DNA of 64,000 nt, taken from positions 43,119 to 107,118 of the forward strand of contig CAMDDW010000003.1 in NCBI GenBank assembly GCA_945893185.1, read 5' to 3'. This document shows, piece after piece, positions 27,423 through 37,424 of this stretch. The notes under the pieces were generated by a model. It saw nothing but the letters and a program-made list of their open reading frames with translations, was not told where the DNA came from and did no database searches. The position numbers and the translations under genes are program-made. The stretch comes from Akkermansia muciniphila (GTDB lineage: Bacteria; Verrucomicrobiota; Verrucomicrobiia; Limisphaerales; UBA9464). Position 1 is the first letter of the stretch. Every line of letters starts with the position of its first letter.

Positions 27423-29768
27423 TTAGGGCTTCGGCCAGTGCAGGTGACGGTGCAAGAAGTCGAAGGTCCCTTTGCCGTGAATGGTGTGTGGCCCGTCGAA
27501 GAATTCGATTTCGGTGCGATCACCCAAGCCCAGCTTGACGTACTGCCGACGGGTCTTAGCAAACTCGTAGGCCACCCACTCATCGGGCCCGACACCGTCA
27601 TCATGGCCGCGCTCCACCATGAAAGGCCGGGGGATCATGAGCCAACTCAACTCGGCGTAGTTGAAGGTGTTGCCCAAGTTGAACTCGGGCATGTCGTACT
27701 CACCCCCATACAAATAGCTGTAGCTTGATCGAGCCGAGACGTTCTTCCAAATCCACTCGTTGTAGTCGGCCGAGCAAATGCTCAGGCAGTAACGGTCGAT
27801 AACCTGCGGAATACGCATGGCCGTCTTGCCGCCGTAGCTCAGCCCGTAGAAAGCCATGCGCGAGGGGTCCACGAAGTCCTGCGAGGCCAACCAATCCAAG
27901 ATAACCTCGTGCTGGCGGTGAATGAACGACCAGAGGGTGAGCTTGAGGGGTTGGGCCTTGCGCAGCACCTGACGGAAGCGGTTCTCGCCGATGTAGCAAT
28001 TTTGCGGTGCGAAGGTCACGAACCCGCGCTCGGCCAATCGCCACGCGTACGTGTGATACGCTCCGGCGTCGATGCGCGGATCGGCCACGTCGGTCGGTCG
28101 GCCCTCGAGCCCGTGTTGGCAAACCACCACCGGACGCTTCTCGCCCGGTTTGAGCCCGCGGGGCACGACGAGGATGCCGTAGGCCACCACATCCGGATGC
28201 ACGTCGAGCATCACCTCGTAGGCGGTGATGCCATTGGTCTCAATGAGTTTCCGGGTCCGCGGCGAGGGCGGCAGCGAAGCCGGCGGAATGGGGCCGATGA
28301 CCTCCTTCAGCAAATAGTCGCGATAGGTTCGGGCACTCTGAGCGAAGGTGTCGGCGTTCTTGCGATCCGCCTTGTTCCAAAATGCAGCACGCGTGAACTC
28401 GGCCTCGCGCATGAGCCACTGGGTGTCTTCCAAAATTTGGGAATACGCACGCAACTGACGCGCCGTGTTGTCTGGGAGCGGTTGGAGAGCAGAAACAGCA
28501 GTGGAAGCAGCGGGGGCCTCTGGCAGCCCCAACCGGTCGCCGAACGCACCCAAGGCCTCATCATTGAACAACTCATCGGGCTGAGCTTCGACGAGCTTCC
28601 ATTGATCTAGCCCGGGCACCCCTTTCAACCAAGCACCGGCCTCTTCGAGGACCTGCCGGGCTACCTCAGGATCGGGACGACCCAGTTTACCGGGAGCGGC
28701 TCCATGGTGGGACTGGCCCGATTTGGCAGGATACTGCGTCTCGGGGAATTTTCCATGCACCCAAACCAATCCGCGGGGTGCGATGAGCCCGGCAATCTCG
28801 CCCGCGCCGAACTGGTCGGTCAGCGACCAGACGTTCCGGTCAATGGGTTCGTTGTGCAGGCGCGGATTCACCTGAAACCCACTGACAGCCGTGACATCGA
28901 TGCGGGGATCCAAGGCTCCAGCAAAGCACGCAACCATACCGCCCTCGCCGTAACCGATCACGCCCACAGGCTTCTTAGACCCTGAAGCTGATTGCTGCGA
29001 ACCGAGCCAATCCACAGCAGCCAACACCTTCTGCACTTCATAGCCCTGCACGGTGCGCCCCATTTCGTAGGAGGCCCGCCACAGCATCTCACGCTGGGAT
29101 TGCTTGAGCTTGCGCGACCCGGGCAGTCCGCTGTGGGTATCCGAGCGATCGACCAGCGCGGGAATGAGCACGCGGCATCCGCGTTCGGCCAACCGGCGGG
29201 CGAACTGATCTGACTCCGGGACGCCCGCCTGAAGACCGGCCAGTTGCTCCGGCGTCTGGTCCGCATCGGCAATGGCCACTACGAAAGCCTTGGCCTCGCC
29301 CTCAGGAACGAGCATTAAGCCATCGGCCTCCACTCCACGAACCACCGACCAACTCACCGAGAAAATCTTAAATCCGCGGCCGCGGCCCACTTCAGCCAGA
29401 TTACCAGTAGAAGCACTCGAGACCGGTGCCGAAATCCGCAGTTGCGCCGGCCCTCGAGTATCCACCACGCCGAGAATGCGGGCCAGTTGCTGGCGGTTGG
29501 TCTCGATGGACTTCACATAGGCCTCCGGTGAGTTGAGATCCCGGTTCCAATGGCGGGCGCGGGTTTGGGGTGAGGCCGCAAGGACCCGGTCCAAATAGCG
29601 GTCGATGCCGCCGACCAGGGCGTGGGCCAAATCACCCGTCTGGGTCAGCGGTTGAGTTCCGGGCAACACGGCCGGTGACGAGTCAGCTGCCTGCACTGCT
29701 GTGGCTAGTAACAGCGGCAACAGGGAGGACTGCAGGCAGCACCGGAGGATCGAGGATCGTAACGTCAT
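27423..29768 (-). CDS. Tandem alpha/beta hydrolase (dienelactone hydrolase-like)
   Basis: GYGEGG, VCQHGLEG, YGLSYGG, FFDGPH. Confidence 0.8.
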   Translation of the reverse strand: MTLRSSILRCCLQSSLLPLLLATAVQAADSSPAVLPGTQPLTQTGDLAHALVGGIDRYLDRVLAASPQTRARHWNRDLNSPEAYVKSIETNRQQLARILGVVDTRGPAQLRISAPVSSASTGNLAEVGRGRGFKIFSVSWSVVRGVEADGLMLVPEGEAKAFVVAIADADQTPEQLAGLQAGVPESDQFARRLAERGCRVLIPALVDRSDTHSGLPGSRKLKQSQREMLWRASYEMGRTVQGYEVQKVLAAVDWLGSQQSASGSKKPVGVIGYGEGGMVACFAGALDPRIDVTAVSGFQVNPRLHNEPIDRNVWSLTDQFGAGEIAGLIAPRGLVWVHGKFPETQYPAKSGQSHHGAAPGKLGRPDPEVARQVLEEAGAWLKGVPGLDQWKLVEAQPDELFNDEALGAFGDRLGLPEAPAASTAVSALQPLPDNTARQLRAYSQILEDTQWLMREAEFTRAAFWNKADRKNADTFAQSARTYRDYLLKEVIGPIPPASLPPSPRTRKLIETNGITAYEVMLDVHPDVVAYGILVVPRGLKPGEKRPVVVCQHGLEGRPTDVADPRIDAGAYHTYAWRLAERGFVTFAPQNCYIGENRFRQVLRKAQPLKLTLWSFIHRQHEVILDWLASQDFVDPSRMAFYGLSYGGKTAMRIPQVIDRYCLSICSADYNEWIWKNVSARSSYSYLYGGEYDMPEFNLGNTFNYAELSWLMIPRPFMVERGHDDGVGPDEWVAYEFAKTRRQYVKLGLGDRTEIEFFDGPHTIHGKGTFDFLHRHLHWPKP

Positions 29769-29988
29769 TTCAGGAAGGGGTTTAACAAACAGCACAGGAA
29801 AACCGGCGAACTTCAGGGAGAATTTGAAGCCAACCTTGACGCTCCCTGAAGAGACTTCAAGCCACGGTTAGCCCAAGAGGCATTATAGACTGCGTCCCCT
29901 CATGCGGACGGATCCGTCTTTCCTCCTCACCTGGGTCCACCATGCAATTGGCGGTTGCGCCGAGCGCCGGTGAGGGTATCGGTGACTC

Positions 29989-30675
29989 ATGCGCCGTTGG
30001 ATTGCCACCGTGTCCCTGTTGGTCGCCTCGCTGGTTCTGTTCCAGACCACCGTCGCCGCTGCGGATGCTCCCCAGAAAACCTCGTCTCCGAAAAAGGCTC
30101 CCATGACCCAACCCACCTCGATCAACGCATCGACCAACCTCGCGTCGTCGCTACCCGCCGTGCCCCCGGCACCACAGCCCGCTCCGGGGCTGGAAACCAT
30201 CTACCTAGCCGGGGGTTGCTTCTGGGGCATGGAGGAAATATTGCGCAAGATTCCTGGCGTTCGAGAAACTCAGTCGGGATACACCGGCGGATGGCTGCCC
30301 AACCCGAAGTACGACGACACCCACGACAGCAAGTCGGGCCATGCCGAGTCGGTCAAAGTCGTCTTTGATCCCAAAACCTTGTCGCTCGAAGAGTTGCTCG
30401 AGAAGTGGTTCTTCCGCATGCACGACCCCACCACGCTGAACCGCCAGGGCAATGACACGGGCAGCCAGTACCGCTCCGCCATCTTTACCTTCAACGAAAC
30501 TCAGAAAACGACGGCCGAGACGGTCAAGGCCCGGGTCAACGCCTCCGGCAAGTGGCGCCGCCCTGTGGTCACCGAGATCGCCACCGCCTCCATCTGGTAT
30601 TCTGCCGAGGGCTACCATCAGAAGTACCTCGTCAAAAACCCCGGCGGCTACACCTGCCACTTCATGCGGGACTGA
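29989..30675 (+). CDS. msrA: Peptide-methionine (S)-S-oxide reductase with signal peptide
   Basis: GGCFWG, HDPTTLNRQGND, QYRSAIF, AEGYHQKY. Confidence 0.96.
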   Translation: MRRWIATVSLLVASLVLFQTTVAAADAPQKTSSPKKAPMTQPTSINASTNLASSLPAVPPAPQPAPGLETIYLAGGCFWGMEEILRKIPGVRETQSGYTGGWLPNPKYDDTHDSKSGHAESVKVVFDPKTLSLEELLEKWFFRMHDPTTLNRQGNDTGSQYRSAIFTFNETQKTTAETVKARVNASGKWRRPVVTEIATASIWYSAEGYHQKYLVKNPGGYTCHFMRD

Positions 30676-30765
30676 GATCGCGACTGAGTTTGCTCAACAA
30701 GCCCGGCCAACGCCGAAGACACACTTTGACAGACCCTGCCGGGTGGGCTGACATGTCAAAGATCC

Positions 30766-31491
30766 ATGAGACCTTTTCCATCATCTAGGGCCGCGCTGTT
30801 CCGCCACGCCTTCACGTTGATCGAATTGCTCGTCGTCATCGCCATCATCGCCATTTTGGCAGGAATGCTCTTGCCGGCACTGGCACGGGCTAAGGCCAAG
30901 GCCCAAACAATTCGCTGCACGAGCAACGAGAAGCAAATTGTCTTGGGCTACTTGCTGTATGCGGGTGACCAAACCGATTTTCTGCCGGTGGCGGGCACCG
31001 AGGCCCCGGTCGGATCCGGGTGGGTGGCCCCGAGTCGATGGTTCGCTGAAATCTCCACGTACATCGCCACCGACAACCGCAACTTCACCAACCTCGTCGC
31101 CAAGGACAAGGTGGTGGCCTGCCCCACGGCCAAGATCGGCACCAACGTCATCCCGGCCAGTGTCCCCGGGTATCAGGGCTACGGTGGCTATGGGCACAAC
31201 TACACCTACCTCGGATACACCCCGGCGGACCGAGTAAAAACCTCCCTCATCACCAAGCCTTCAGACACCGTGATGAACGGCGACGGACTCGATCCCGCCA
31301 AGGGTCTGGAGTGGTGGCACTACGGTTACTTGTACCCGCCCAGCCTCGGGGTCGCATTGTTCCGCTACGTCCGCCACGGTCAGGGCGGCAATTATTCTTG
31401 GGCGGACGGACACACCTCCGTCATGCCCTGGAAGACCCTCTCCAAGGGAGCCAACGGCAAGGTGGATTGGTTTTATCAGCCAGGGCAGTAG
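30766..31491 (+). CDS. Prepilin-type N-terminal cleavage/methylation protein (H-X9-DG type)
   Basis: [25 protein letters not shown]; [14 protein letters not shown]. Confidence 0.9.
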   Translation: MRPFPSSRAALFRHAFTLIELLVVIAIIAILAGMLLPALARAKAKAQTIRCTSNEKQIVLGYLLYAGDQTDFLPVAGTEAPVGSGWVAPSRWFAEISTYIATDNRNFTNLVAKDKVVACPTAKIGTNVIPASVPGYQGYGGYGHNYTYLGYTPADRVKTSLITKPSDTVMNGDGLDPAKGLEWWHYGYLYPPSLGVALFRYVRHGQGGNYSWADGHTSVMPWKTLSKGANGKVDWFYQPGQ

Positions 31492-31541
31492 CCCTTCGCA
31501 TCGCCCAGACCCTCCCCGGGGAAAGAACGGAATACTGGGCT

Positions 31542-31689
31542 TGGCAACCGGGACGCGTCGGAGTGCGACTGTCGCCGACCGGGGCCTTTGGCGACAGGAG
31601 TGACAGCGATCCCGCGGTAACCTTCAGCCACGCCGCTCGGGAATTGAACCGCTTTGGATTGAGTTTCCTTCACATCATGGAGGCGCTGA
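31542..31689 (+). pseudogene. Internal fragment of an Old Yellow Enzyme / alkene reductase (NemA-like)
   Basis: RVGVRLSPTGAFGDRSDSDPAVTFSHAARELNRFGLSFLHIME. Confidence 0.7.
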
Positions 31690-31712
31690 TCGACCAGCAA
31701 CACTCCGAGCGG

Positions 31713-32906
31713 TTACGCCTGCCCGGAGCCCGCCCGCTGTTCTTCCAGCAATCGCCGGATGAACGCCGTCATGGCCCGCACTGCCGCACCGGCCCGACCG
31801 CTGGCCACCGCCGGGCCTTCGACGTTGGCTCCAATCGATTGAGCAGCCAATGCGGCGGTTCCCGGACGGCGCTTGAGACGATGGGCCGCCACGATACGCA
31901 AATCGATGGGCTCGCACTCGGGATGCCACGATTCCTGCGCCCAAAGTTGGACTGCAAAATCGCCCCAACCCACCAAATGGTCCCCCGGCTTGAGGAAACC
32001 GTTCCAAGCAGAGGTCGCCTCCGCGACGGTTCGGCCGCCCAAAATCATCTCCTGGAGCACTTCCAAGTGTTGGTGAGCCCGAGCCGCCAACGGTCGGCGT
32101 GGAGCCAAAAACACTTCGAACACTTCACCCGTTGCTGGACGCATCGCCACGCACTGGAGGAGTTCGGGAGATCCAGGCACCGGGCTGTCCCGCCGATGGG
32201 CATTGGCTTCGCCAGCCACCACCAAGAGTTTTGGCCAAAGAGCCATGAGGTTGGGCATGGCCGGGCTTTCCCACCACGGATCTGCTCTTTTCAACCGACG
32301 TCGAGGGGGGCCCGTGCGCGCAGCGGTGGCGGCAATTTGACGATCTACCATCGCATCGAAGGCACTGAGCAACGGATAAAACCGCTGCTCGTCTCCCTCC
32401 CAGGCGCTGAGCACTTCGACCACCGCCTCCACGGTGGCGACACAATGAAGGTCGGGTTCTCGGCGAATGCGGTAATTGCCCGGCTTGCGCGGCATGAACC
32501 CGATGCGCGGCACGGCCCGCAGCGCCGGATTGAGCGCCACCATCTTGCGCGCCTGAGGCCACGTGCCGTCGATGATGATCAACGTCTCGGGCGGTCGTTC
32601 GAGAGCATCCGGCGCCACCGCCCCGGGACCGGGAAACAGCAAGGCCGTCCCGGGTCGGGCCAGCAATTCCTCAATGCGTGGGTGACCGGCAAATTCAATC
32701 CCCTCATGGAGTTCACTGCGGGATAAACCCAAGTGCGCGATGCGGGCCGTGCCGATGGCCACCCGGGATTCGCGCGGATGCTGCAAGAACACCACCTGCG
32801 TCGCCGTCTCGACCGGCGTCAACTCGGCGCACCAGCAGGCAGAGGCCGGGCGTCGGCAGCGGACGCAGGAGGGACGGGCCGTAGGGGCTTCAAAGGGCAC
32901 AGGCAT
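31713..32906 (-). CDS. DTW-domain (TapT-like tRNA aminocarboxypropyltransferase) protein with C-terminal extension
   Basis: CVRCRRP..ACWC, LQHPRE, IIDGTWPQARKM, ATVEAV. Confidence 0.85.
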   Translation of the reverse strand: MPVPFEAPTARPSCVRCRRPASACWCAELTPVETATQVVFLQHPRESRVAIGTARIAHLGLSRSELHEGIEFAGHPRIEELLARPGTALLFPGPGAVAPDALERPPETLIIIDGTWPQARKMVALNPALRAVPRIGFMPRKPGNYRIRREPDLHCVATVEAVVEVLSAWEGDEQRFYPLLSAFDAMVDRQIAATAARTGPPRRRLKRADPWWESPAMPNLMALWPKLLVVAGEANAHRRDSPVPGSPELLQCVAMRPATGEVFEVFLAPRRPLAARAHQHLEVLQEMILGGRTVAEATSAWNGFLKPGDHLVGWGDFAVQLWAQESWHPECEPIDLRIVAAHRLKRRPGTAALAAQSIGANVEGPAVASGRAGAAVRAMTAFIRRLLEEQRAGSGQA

Positions 32907-33075
32907 GGCAGCCCGGTGACCTCACGAAAACTGCGTGCCGCACCGGAATCCGAACAGAACCACGCACCGGGGGTCCGGAGCAAGGCGGCGGTCGGGTTGC
33001 CACGCTCGGACCACGGAGAGCCGGCGATCAAACCCTGCTTCCCCCCCCGAAAAAACCCTCTGGGCCGTCACCGCC

Positions 33076-34374
33076 TCACTTCTTGCCAATGCGGTAGAGA
33101 TGCTCGGCTCCCCGCAAATAGAGAGTTCCATCATCGACAGCACTGCTGGCCAGCGTGCGCTCACCCAATTCGTTGCGGGCCAGTAGTTCGAAGGTTTTGC
33201 CTGCCTGCACCACGAAGCCGACGCCTTCTTCGTTCTGGAAATAAATCCGGCCATCGGCGGACACCGGCGAAGCCGAAAATCCACCACCGAGCCGTTCATT
33301 CCAATGCACCTTGCCGCTCTGCGCATCGGCACACGTCGCAATACCGGCATCGGAGACGAAGTAGAGCTCGTCTCCCACGACTAGGGCCGAGGGGGTGCTG
33401 GGGGCCCCACGACCGATTTGCCAAGCCAAGTGGGTCGCAGTGACATCCCCCTCACCGCCGGGGCGGATCGCATAGAGCTTAGGAAAATCGTAGTCGATAT
33501 TCACGTAGAGCAACCCATGCGCGAAGACCGGTCGGGGCACCACCGAGAAGCCAGTGCCCGTGCCCACCTGCCACAGCGGCCGACCGCTGAGCGGATCGTA
33601 GGCGTAGATGCCACCAGCACCCGGACTAATGAGTTCCTGACGACCAGCATGGGTGATGAGCAAGGGCGTGCTGAACGAGAACTTCTTGGTCAACGCATCA
33701 TTCGGCCGCCGGGTCTTCCACCGCACCGCACCCGTCTTACAATCCAGGGCGATCACGAACGGATCCGAAGCCCCATCGCAACTAAAGATCAAATGGTCTC
33801 CCGCCAAAACGGGCGACCCGCCGTTGCCGTGGACCGGCGGGTATTGGACCGACGTCTGTCGCCAAATCACCTGCCCCTTCAGATCGAGGCAGGCCGTTCC
33901 CAAATGTCCGAAATGGGCGTAGAGCCGACCGTCGCGCACCACGGGTGTCGGACTGGCATAACCATTCTTGCGATGGATATTTGCTCCATTGTCCGGCGTG
34001 AAGACGTTGGTGCTCCAGAGAATGGCACCCGACCGCGCATCGAGACACAGCACCGCCAATTCCAAACTGCTCGAGCCAAGCTTAGCACCAGAACCCGTCA
34101 GGTAGAGGCGTTGCTTTACCAAAACCGGTGACGACCACCCGGCCATCGCCAACGGGGTCTTCCAGACCACATTGCTGCTCCCGCTCCAGCGGATGGGAAC
34201 TTGTTTGGCCGGAGAGATTCCCTGCCCAGTTGGGCCGCGGAACTCGGGCCAGTCATGGGCTTGAACCGCGAACATGGGGACGCAAGCAGCCAACACCAGA
34301 GCCGCTAAACGGGTACGCCGCATCAGGCCTGCGATTCCTTGGCGGGAGGGAGACAATGGGGTGAGGGAGCTCAT
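33076..34374 (-). CDS. PQQ-binding-like beta-propeller protein
   Basis: DWPEFRGPTGQG, GWSSPV, ASPTPV, FSASPV. Confidence 0.88.
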   Translation of the reverse strand: MSSLTPLSPSRQGIAGLMRRTRLAALVLAACVPMFAVQAHDWPEFRGPTGQGISPAKQVPIRWSGSSNVVWKTPLAMAGWSSPVLVKQRLYLTGSGAKLGSSSLELAVLCLDARSGAILWSTNVFTPDNGANIHRKNGYASPTPVVRDGRLYAHFGHLGTACLDLKGQVIWRQTSVQYPPVHGNGGSPVLAGDHLIFSCDGASDPFVIALDCKTGAVRWKTRRPNDALTKKFSFSTPLLITHAGRQELISPGAGGIYAYDPLSGRPLWQVGTGTGFSVVPRPVFAHGLLYVNIDYDFPKLYAIRPGGEGDVTATHLAWQIGRGAPSTPSALVVGDELYFVSDAGIATCADAQSGKVHWNERLGGGFSASPVSADGRIYFQNEEGVGFVVQAGKTFELLARNELGERTLASSAVDDGTLYLRGAEHLYRIGKK

Positions 34375-34557
34375 GGGAAACAGGGATTCGGTAAGGGTTC
34401 ACAATTCCTCATCCATCGAAAAACGCACCGAAAAAAACTCCCACACCCAAAGGCTCACCGCCACGGCGAGACCACGCATCCACCCGTTCCAAGGTCGCTC
34501 GCCGGGCCCAGTCTTTTATGACTGGTCAGGGTCTCTTCCCAACGCCAACGTCCGGCC

Positions 34558-35436
34558 ATGATCCAGCGTGTTCTGCTGCTTGCTGTGTGGTTGACGATGT
34601 CCGTGTTCGCCGCGGATTCCGGCCGACTTCGGGTTCTTCTCATTGACGGCCAAAATAACCACGACTGGCGCTCCTCCACGCCGCACCTGAAAAAGGTTCT
34701 CGAGGCTTCCGGACGCTTCGCGGTAGAGGTCGTCACCCTGCCCAGCAAGGGCGGTGACATGGCCGCGGTGAAACCCAAGCTCGACGGCGTGGCGGTGGTG
34801 CTCTCCAACTACAACGGCGACCTCTGGCCCGAGGAACTGCGAACGAACCTGGTCGCCTTCGTTCGCAACGGCGGCGGCTTCGTTTCAGTCCATGCCGCCA
34901 ACAACGCCTTCGCAAAATGGCCCGAGTACAACGAAATGATCGGCGTCGGCGGTTGGGAAGGGCGCAACGAACAATCCGGACCGTGGCTTTATTGGGAAGG
35001 CAAGATCGTGCGGGACACCTCGCCAGGGCCGGGCGGCAGCCATGGCAGCCAGCATGCCTTCCAGATGACCACCCGCGAGCCCAAGCACCCCATCATGGAG
35101 GGACTCCCGCCGCAATGGATGCACGCCAAGGATGAACTCTACGATCGCCTGCGCGGACCGGCCAAGAACCTCACCGTCTTGGCCACGGCGCTGTCGGATC
35201 CGAAGACGCACGGAACTGGCAAGCACGAGCCGCTACTCTTCACCATCGCCTTCGGTCAAGGTCGGGTCTTCCACACGGCCCTCGGCCACAACAATGGCCC
35301 CGACCTGACCTCCCAGAAGTGCGTAGGTTTCATCACCACCCTCCTGCGCGGCACCGAATGGGCGGCCACCGGCCGGGTCACCCTGCCCATCCCGACCGAC
35401 TTCCCCACGGCCAGTGATGTCCACAGCCGGGAGTGA
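34558..35436 (+). CDS. ThuA-like domain protein
   Basis: IDGQNNHDW, GGGFVSVHAAN, DELY, GRVFHTALGH. Confidence 0.88.
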   Translation: MIQRVLLLAVWLTMSVFAADSGRLRVLLIDGQNNHDWRSSTPHLKKVLEASGRFAVEVVTLPSKGGDMAAVKPKLDGVAVVLSNYNGDLWPEELRTNLVAFVRNGGGFVSVHAANNAFAKWPEYNEMIGVGGWEGRNEQSGPWLYWEGKIVRDTSPGPGGSHGSQHAFQMTTREPKHPIMEGLPPQWMHAKDELYDRLRGPAKNLTVLATALSDPKTHGTGKHEPLLFTIAFGQGRVFHTALGHNNGPDLTSQKCVGFITTLLRGTEWAATGRVTLPIPTDFPTASDVHSRE

Positions 35437-35476
35437 GAATTTCTTGCGCTGGATTCGTGCCGACTTACCTCTCTCT

Positions 35477-36436
35477 ATGATTCCAACGCAAGGTCTCCGC
35501 TCGGTGGTGCCTTTGGTGATCGGGTTGGCCGTGGGCGGGCTGGGTGTCGGCCTGTTCCAACACAGCACACCCGGGATGACCGGGACTCCAGAGGCACAAA
35601 TCCAGCACTTGGAGACCGAGTTGCAGCAGGCACGCACCCGCATCGCGGCCCTCGAAGAAACCCGACCTCGTTCGTCACGCACGCCTGCGCAAACCGCCTA
35701 TGACCGGGGCCGTGATATCGCCCAGCGTCTGCGCGAGGGGCGCACGGTTAGTTCCGACGATCTCTTCCGCGCCGCCCAACCCCTGCTCCGCGACATGGCA
35801 CCGCTGTTCGAGCGCATCGCGGATCAGAAGTCCAAACAGCAAGCCGACAGCCTCATCGGAGAACTGGCCCGCAAGTACGACCTAAACCCCAACCAACAAG
35901 AATCCCTTCAGAAGTGGTTCTCCGAAAAATCCCGGGCGGATCGAAAAAAATGGAACGATCTCATTTCCAGCGACGACACCACCTACTTGCAGCTTGTGAA
36001 GTCGATGCGCAATGACCGCACCGATGAAGGACTAGACCCGGTGATGGAAGAGCTGCTCAAGGGCCCTCAACTGGAAGCCTTCAAAACCGAGCGTCTGGAG
36101 GAAAGGTCTCAGCGAGTCCAGCAGTACGCCGACATGCAGGTGCAACGAATTAACAATCTCGTTCAACTCGACCCTGCGCAAACAGATCAACTCTTCGGCA
36201 TCATGGCCCAGTCGTCTCCGGATTATGACGCGTCCATCCGACTCGAGGGGGCGACCGGTGAGATCGCACCCGCCAACCTCCATCCGCGCGATGCTCTTAA
36301 GTCAGTGCTGCGGCCGGATCAACTGGCTAAATACGAGGCGGCTCGCGAACGACGACTCATGGAAGCCTCGCGAGAGATGAACAAGTTGGGCGTGGAACTG
36401 CCTGCTGACTGGAATGAATTCGAATTCGGCCCCTAA
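35477..36436 (+). CDS. Hypothetical membrane-anchored helical protein
   Basis: N-terminal TM segment then coiled coil; first gene of the ABC operon. Confidence 0.7.
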   Translation: MIPTQGLRSVVPLVIGLAVGGLGVGLFQHSTPGMTGTPEAQIQHLETELQQARTRIAALEETRPRSSRTPAQTAYDRGRDIAQRLREGRTVSSDDLFRAAQPLLRDMAPLFERIADQKSKQQADSLIGELARKYDLNPNQQESLQKWFSEKSRADRKKWNDLISSDDTTYLQLVKSMRNDRTDEGLDPVMEELLKGPQLEAFKTERLEERSQRVQQYADMQVQRINNLVQLDPAQTDQLFGIMAQSSPDYDASIRLEGATGEIAPANLHPRDALKSVLRPDQLAKYEAARERRLMEASREMNKLGVELPADWNEFEFGP

Positions 36437-37424
36437 CTCCCCACCGCTGGGCAGCACAGCTGGGGGCCTCGCGCGAGAAAGCCGTGTCGCCGTCGACATC
36501 CGATCTCTGCGAGTCGATTATCGGAATTTCGTCGCCGTCAACGACCTGACTTTGGCAGTACCGCCGGGCGAGATCTTGGGCATCGTGGGACCCAATGGCG
36601 CGGGTAAAACGAGCACCTTCCGGGTGCTGGCCACGCTCATGGAACCCACCCATGGCGATATCTTCTTCGACGGTATCGACATCGCCGAAAACCCCCGCCA
36701 AGCCCGCCGGTTGATGGGCTACATGCCCGATCTGGCTCCAGTTCCTAGCGATCTCAAGGTGTGGGAGTTCCTCGACTTTTACGCCGCCGCCTACGGGCTG
36801 CGCGACGCACAACAGCGGCGCCAACGCACCGACCGATGTCTAGAAACCGTGGGCTTGTCCAACCTGCGAAACAACGGTTGCCGTGAATTGTCGAGAGGTC
36901 AGACCCAGCGAGTGGTCTTGGCCAAGACCCTCCTGCATGAACCCCGCGTGCTCATTCTCGACGAGCCGGCCAGCGGGCTCGACCCGCTAGCCCGCCGGGA
37001 TCTCCGCACCGCTCTGCAAAGCCTCGCGGCCACTGGAGCAACCATCCTCATCAGCTCCCACATCCTCAGCGAGTTGAGCGAGATGTGCACCTCCCTGTGC
37101 GTCCTCAACCGAGGCCGACTGTTGGCCCACGGGAGCGTGAATGAAGTACGGTCCCAACTCGGCAACACACGCCGCCGGCTGACCCTCGGCCTGCTCTCGC
37201 CGCCGTCCGAAGCCGCCGATTGGCTCGCCCAACAGCCCACAATTAGTGAACTGCGCGTCGAATCCGCACGGATCTCCTTCGAGTTCACCGGAGACGACGA
37301 AGCCCAGGCAGAACTGTTGGAAGCATTGGTTCGGCGCCGGGTACGCCTAAGGACCTTCGAGGAACGACGATCCTCGTTGGAGGAGCTCCTCGTCGATATC
37401 GCCACTCCTCCTCCCCTGCCATGA
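36414..37424 (+). CDS. ABC transporter ATP-binding protein
   Basis: GPNGAGKT, LSRGQ, LILDEP, SSH. Confidence 0.95.
   Translation: MNSNSAPNSPPLGSTAGGLARESRVAVDIRSLRVDYRNFVAVNDLTLAVPPGEILGIVGPNGAGKTSTFRVLATLMEPTHGDIFFDGIDIAENPRQARRLMGYMPDLAPVPSDLKVWEFLDFYAAAYGLRDAQQRRQRTDRCLETVGLSNLRNNGCRELSRGQTQRVVLAKTLLHEPRVLILDEPASGLDPLARRDLRTALQSLAATGATILISSHILSELSEMCTSLCVLNRGRLLAHGSVNEVRSQLGNTRRRLTLGLLSPPSEAADWLAQQPTISELRVESARISFEFTGDDEAQAELLEALVRRRVRLRTFEERRSSLEELLVDIATPPPLP

Noticed and set aside
31311-32726. 471-aa plus-strand ORF
   Set aside because: A chimera of an off-frame prepilin tail, the OYE fragment and the antisense of the DTW gene.
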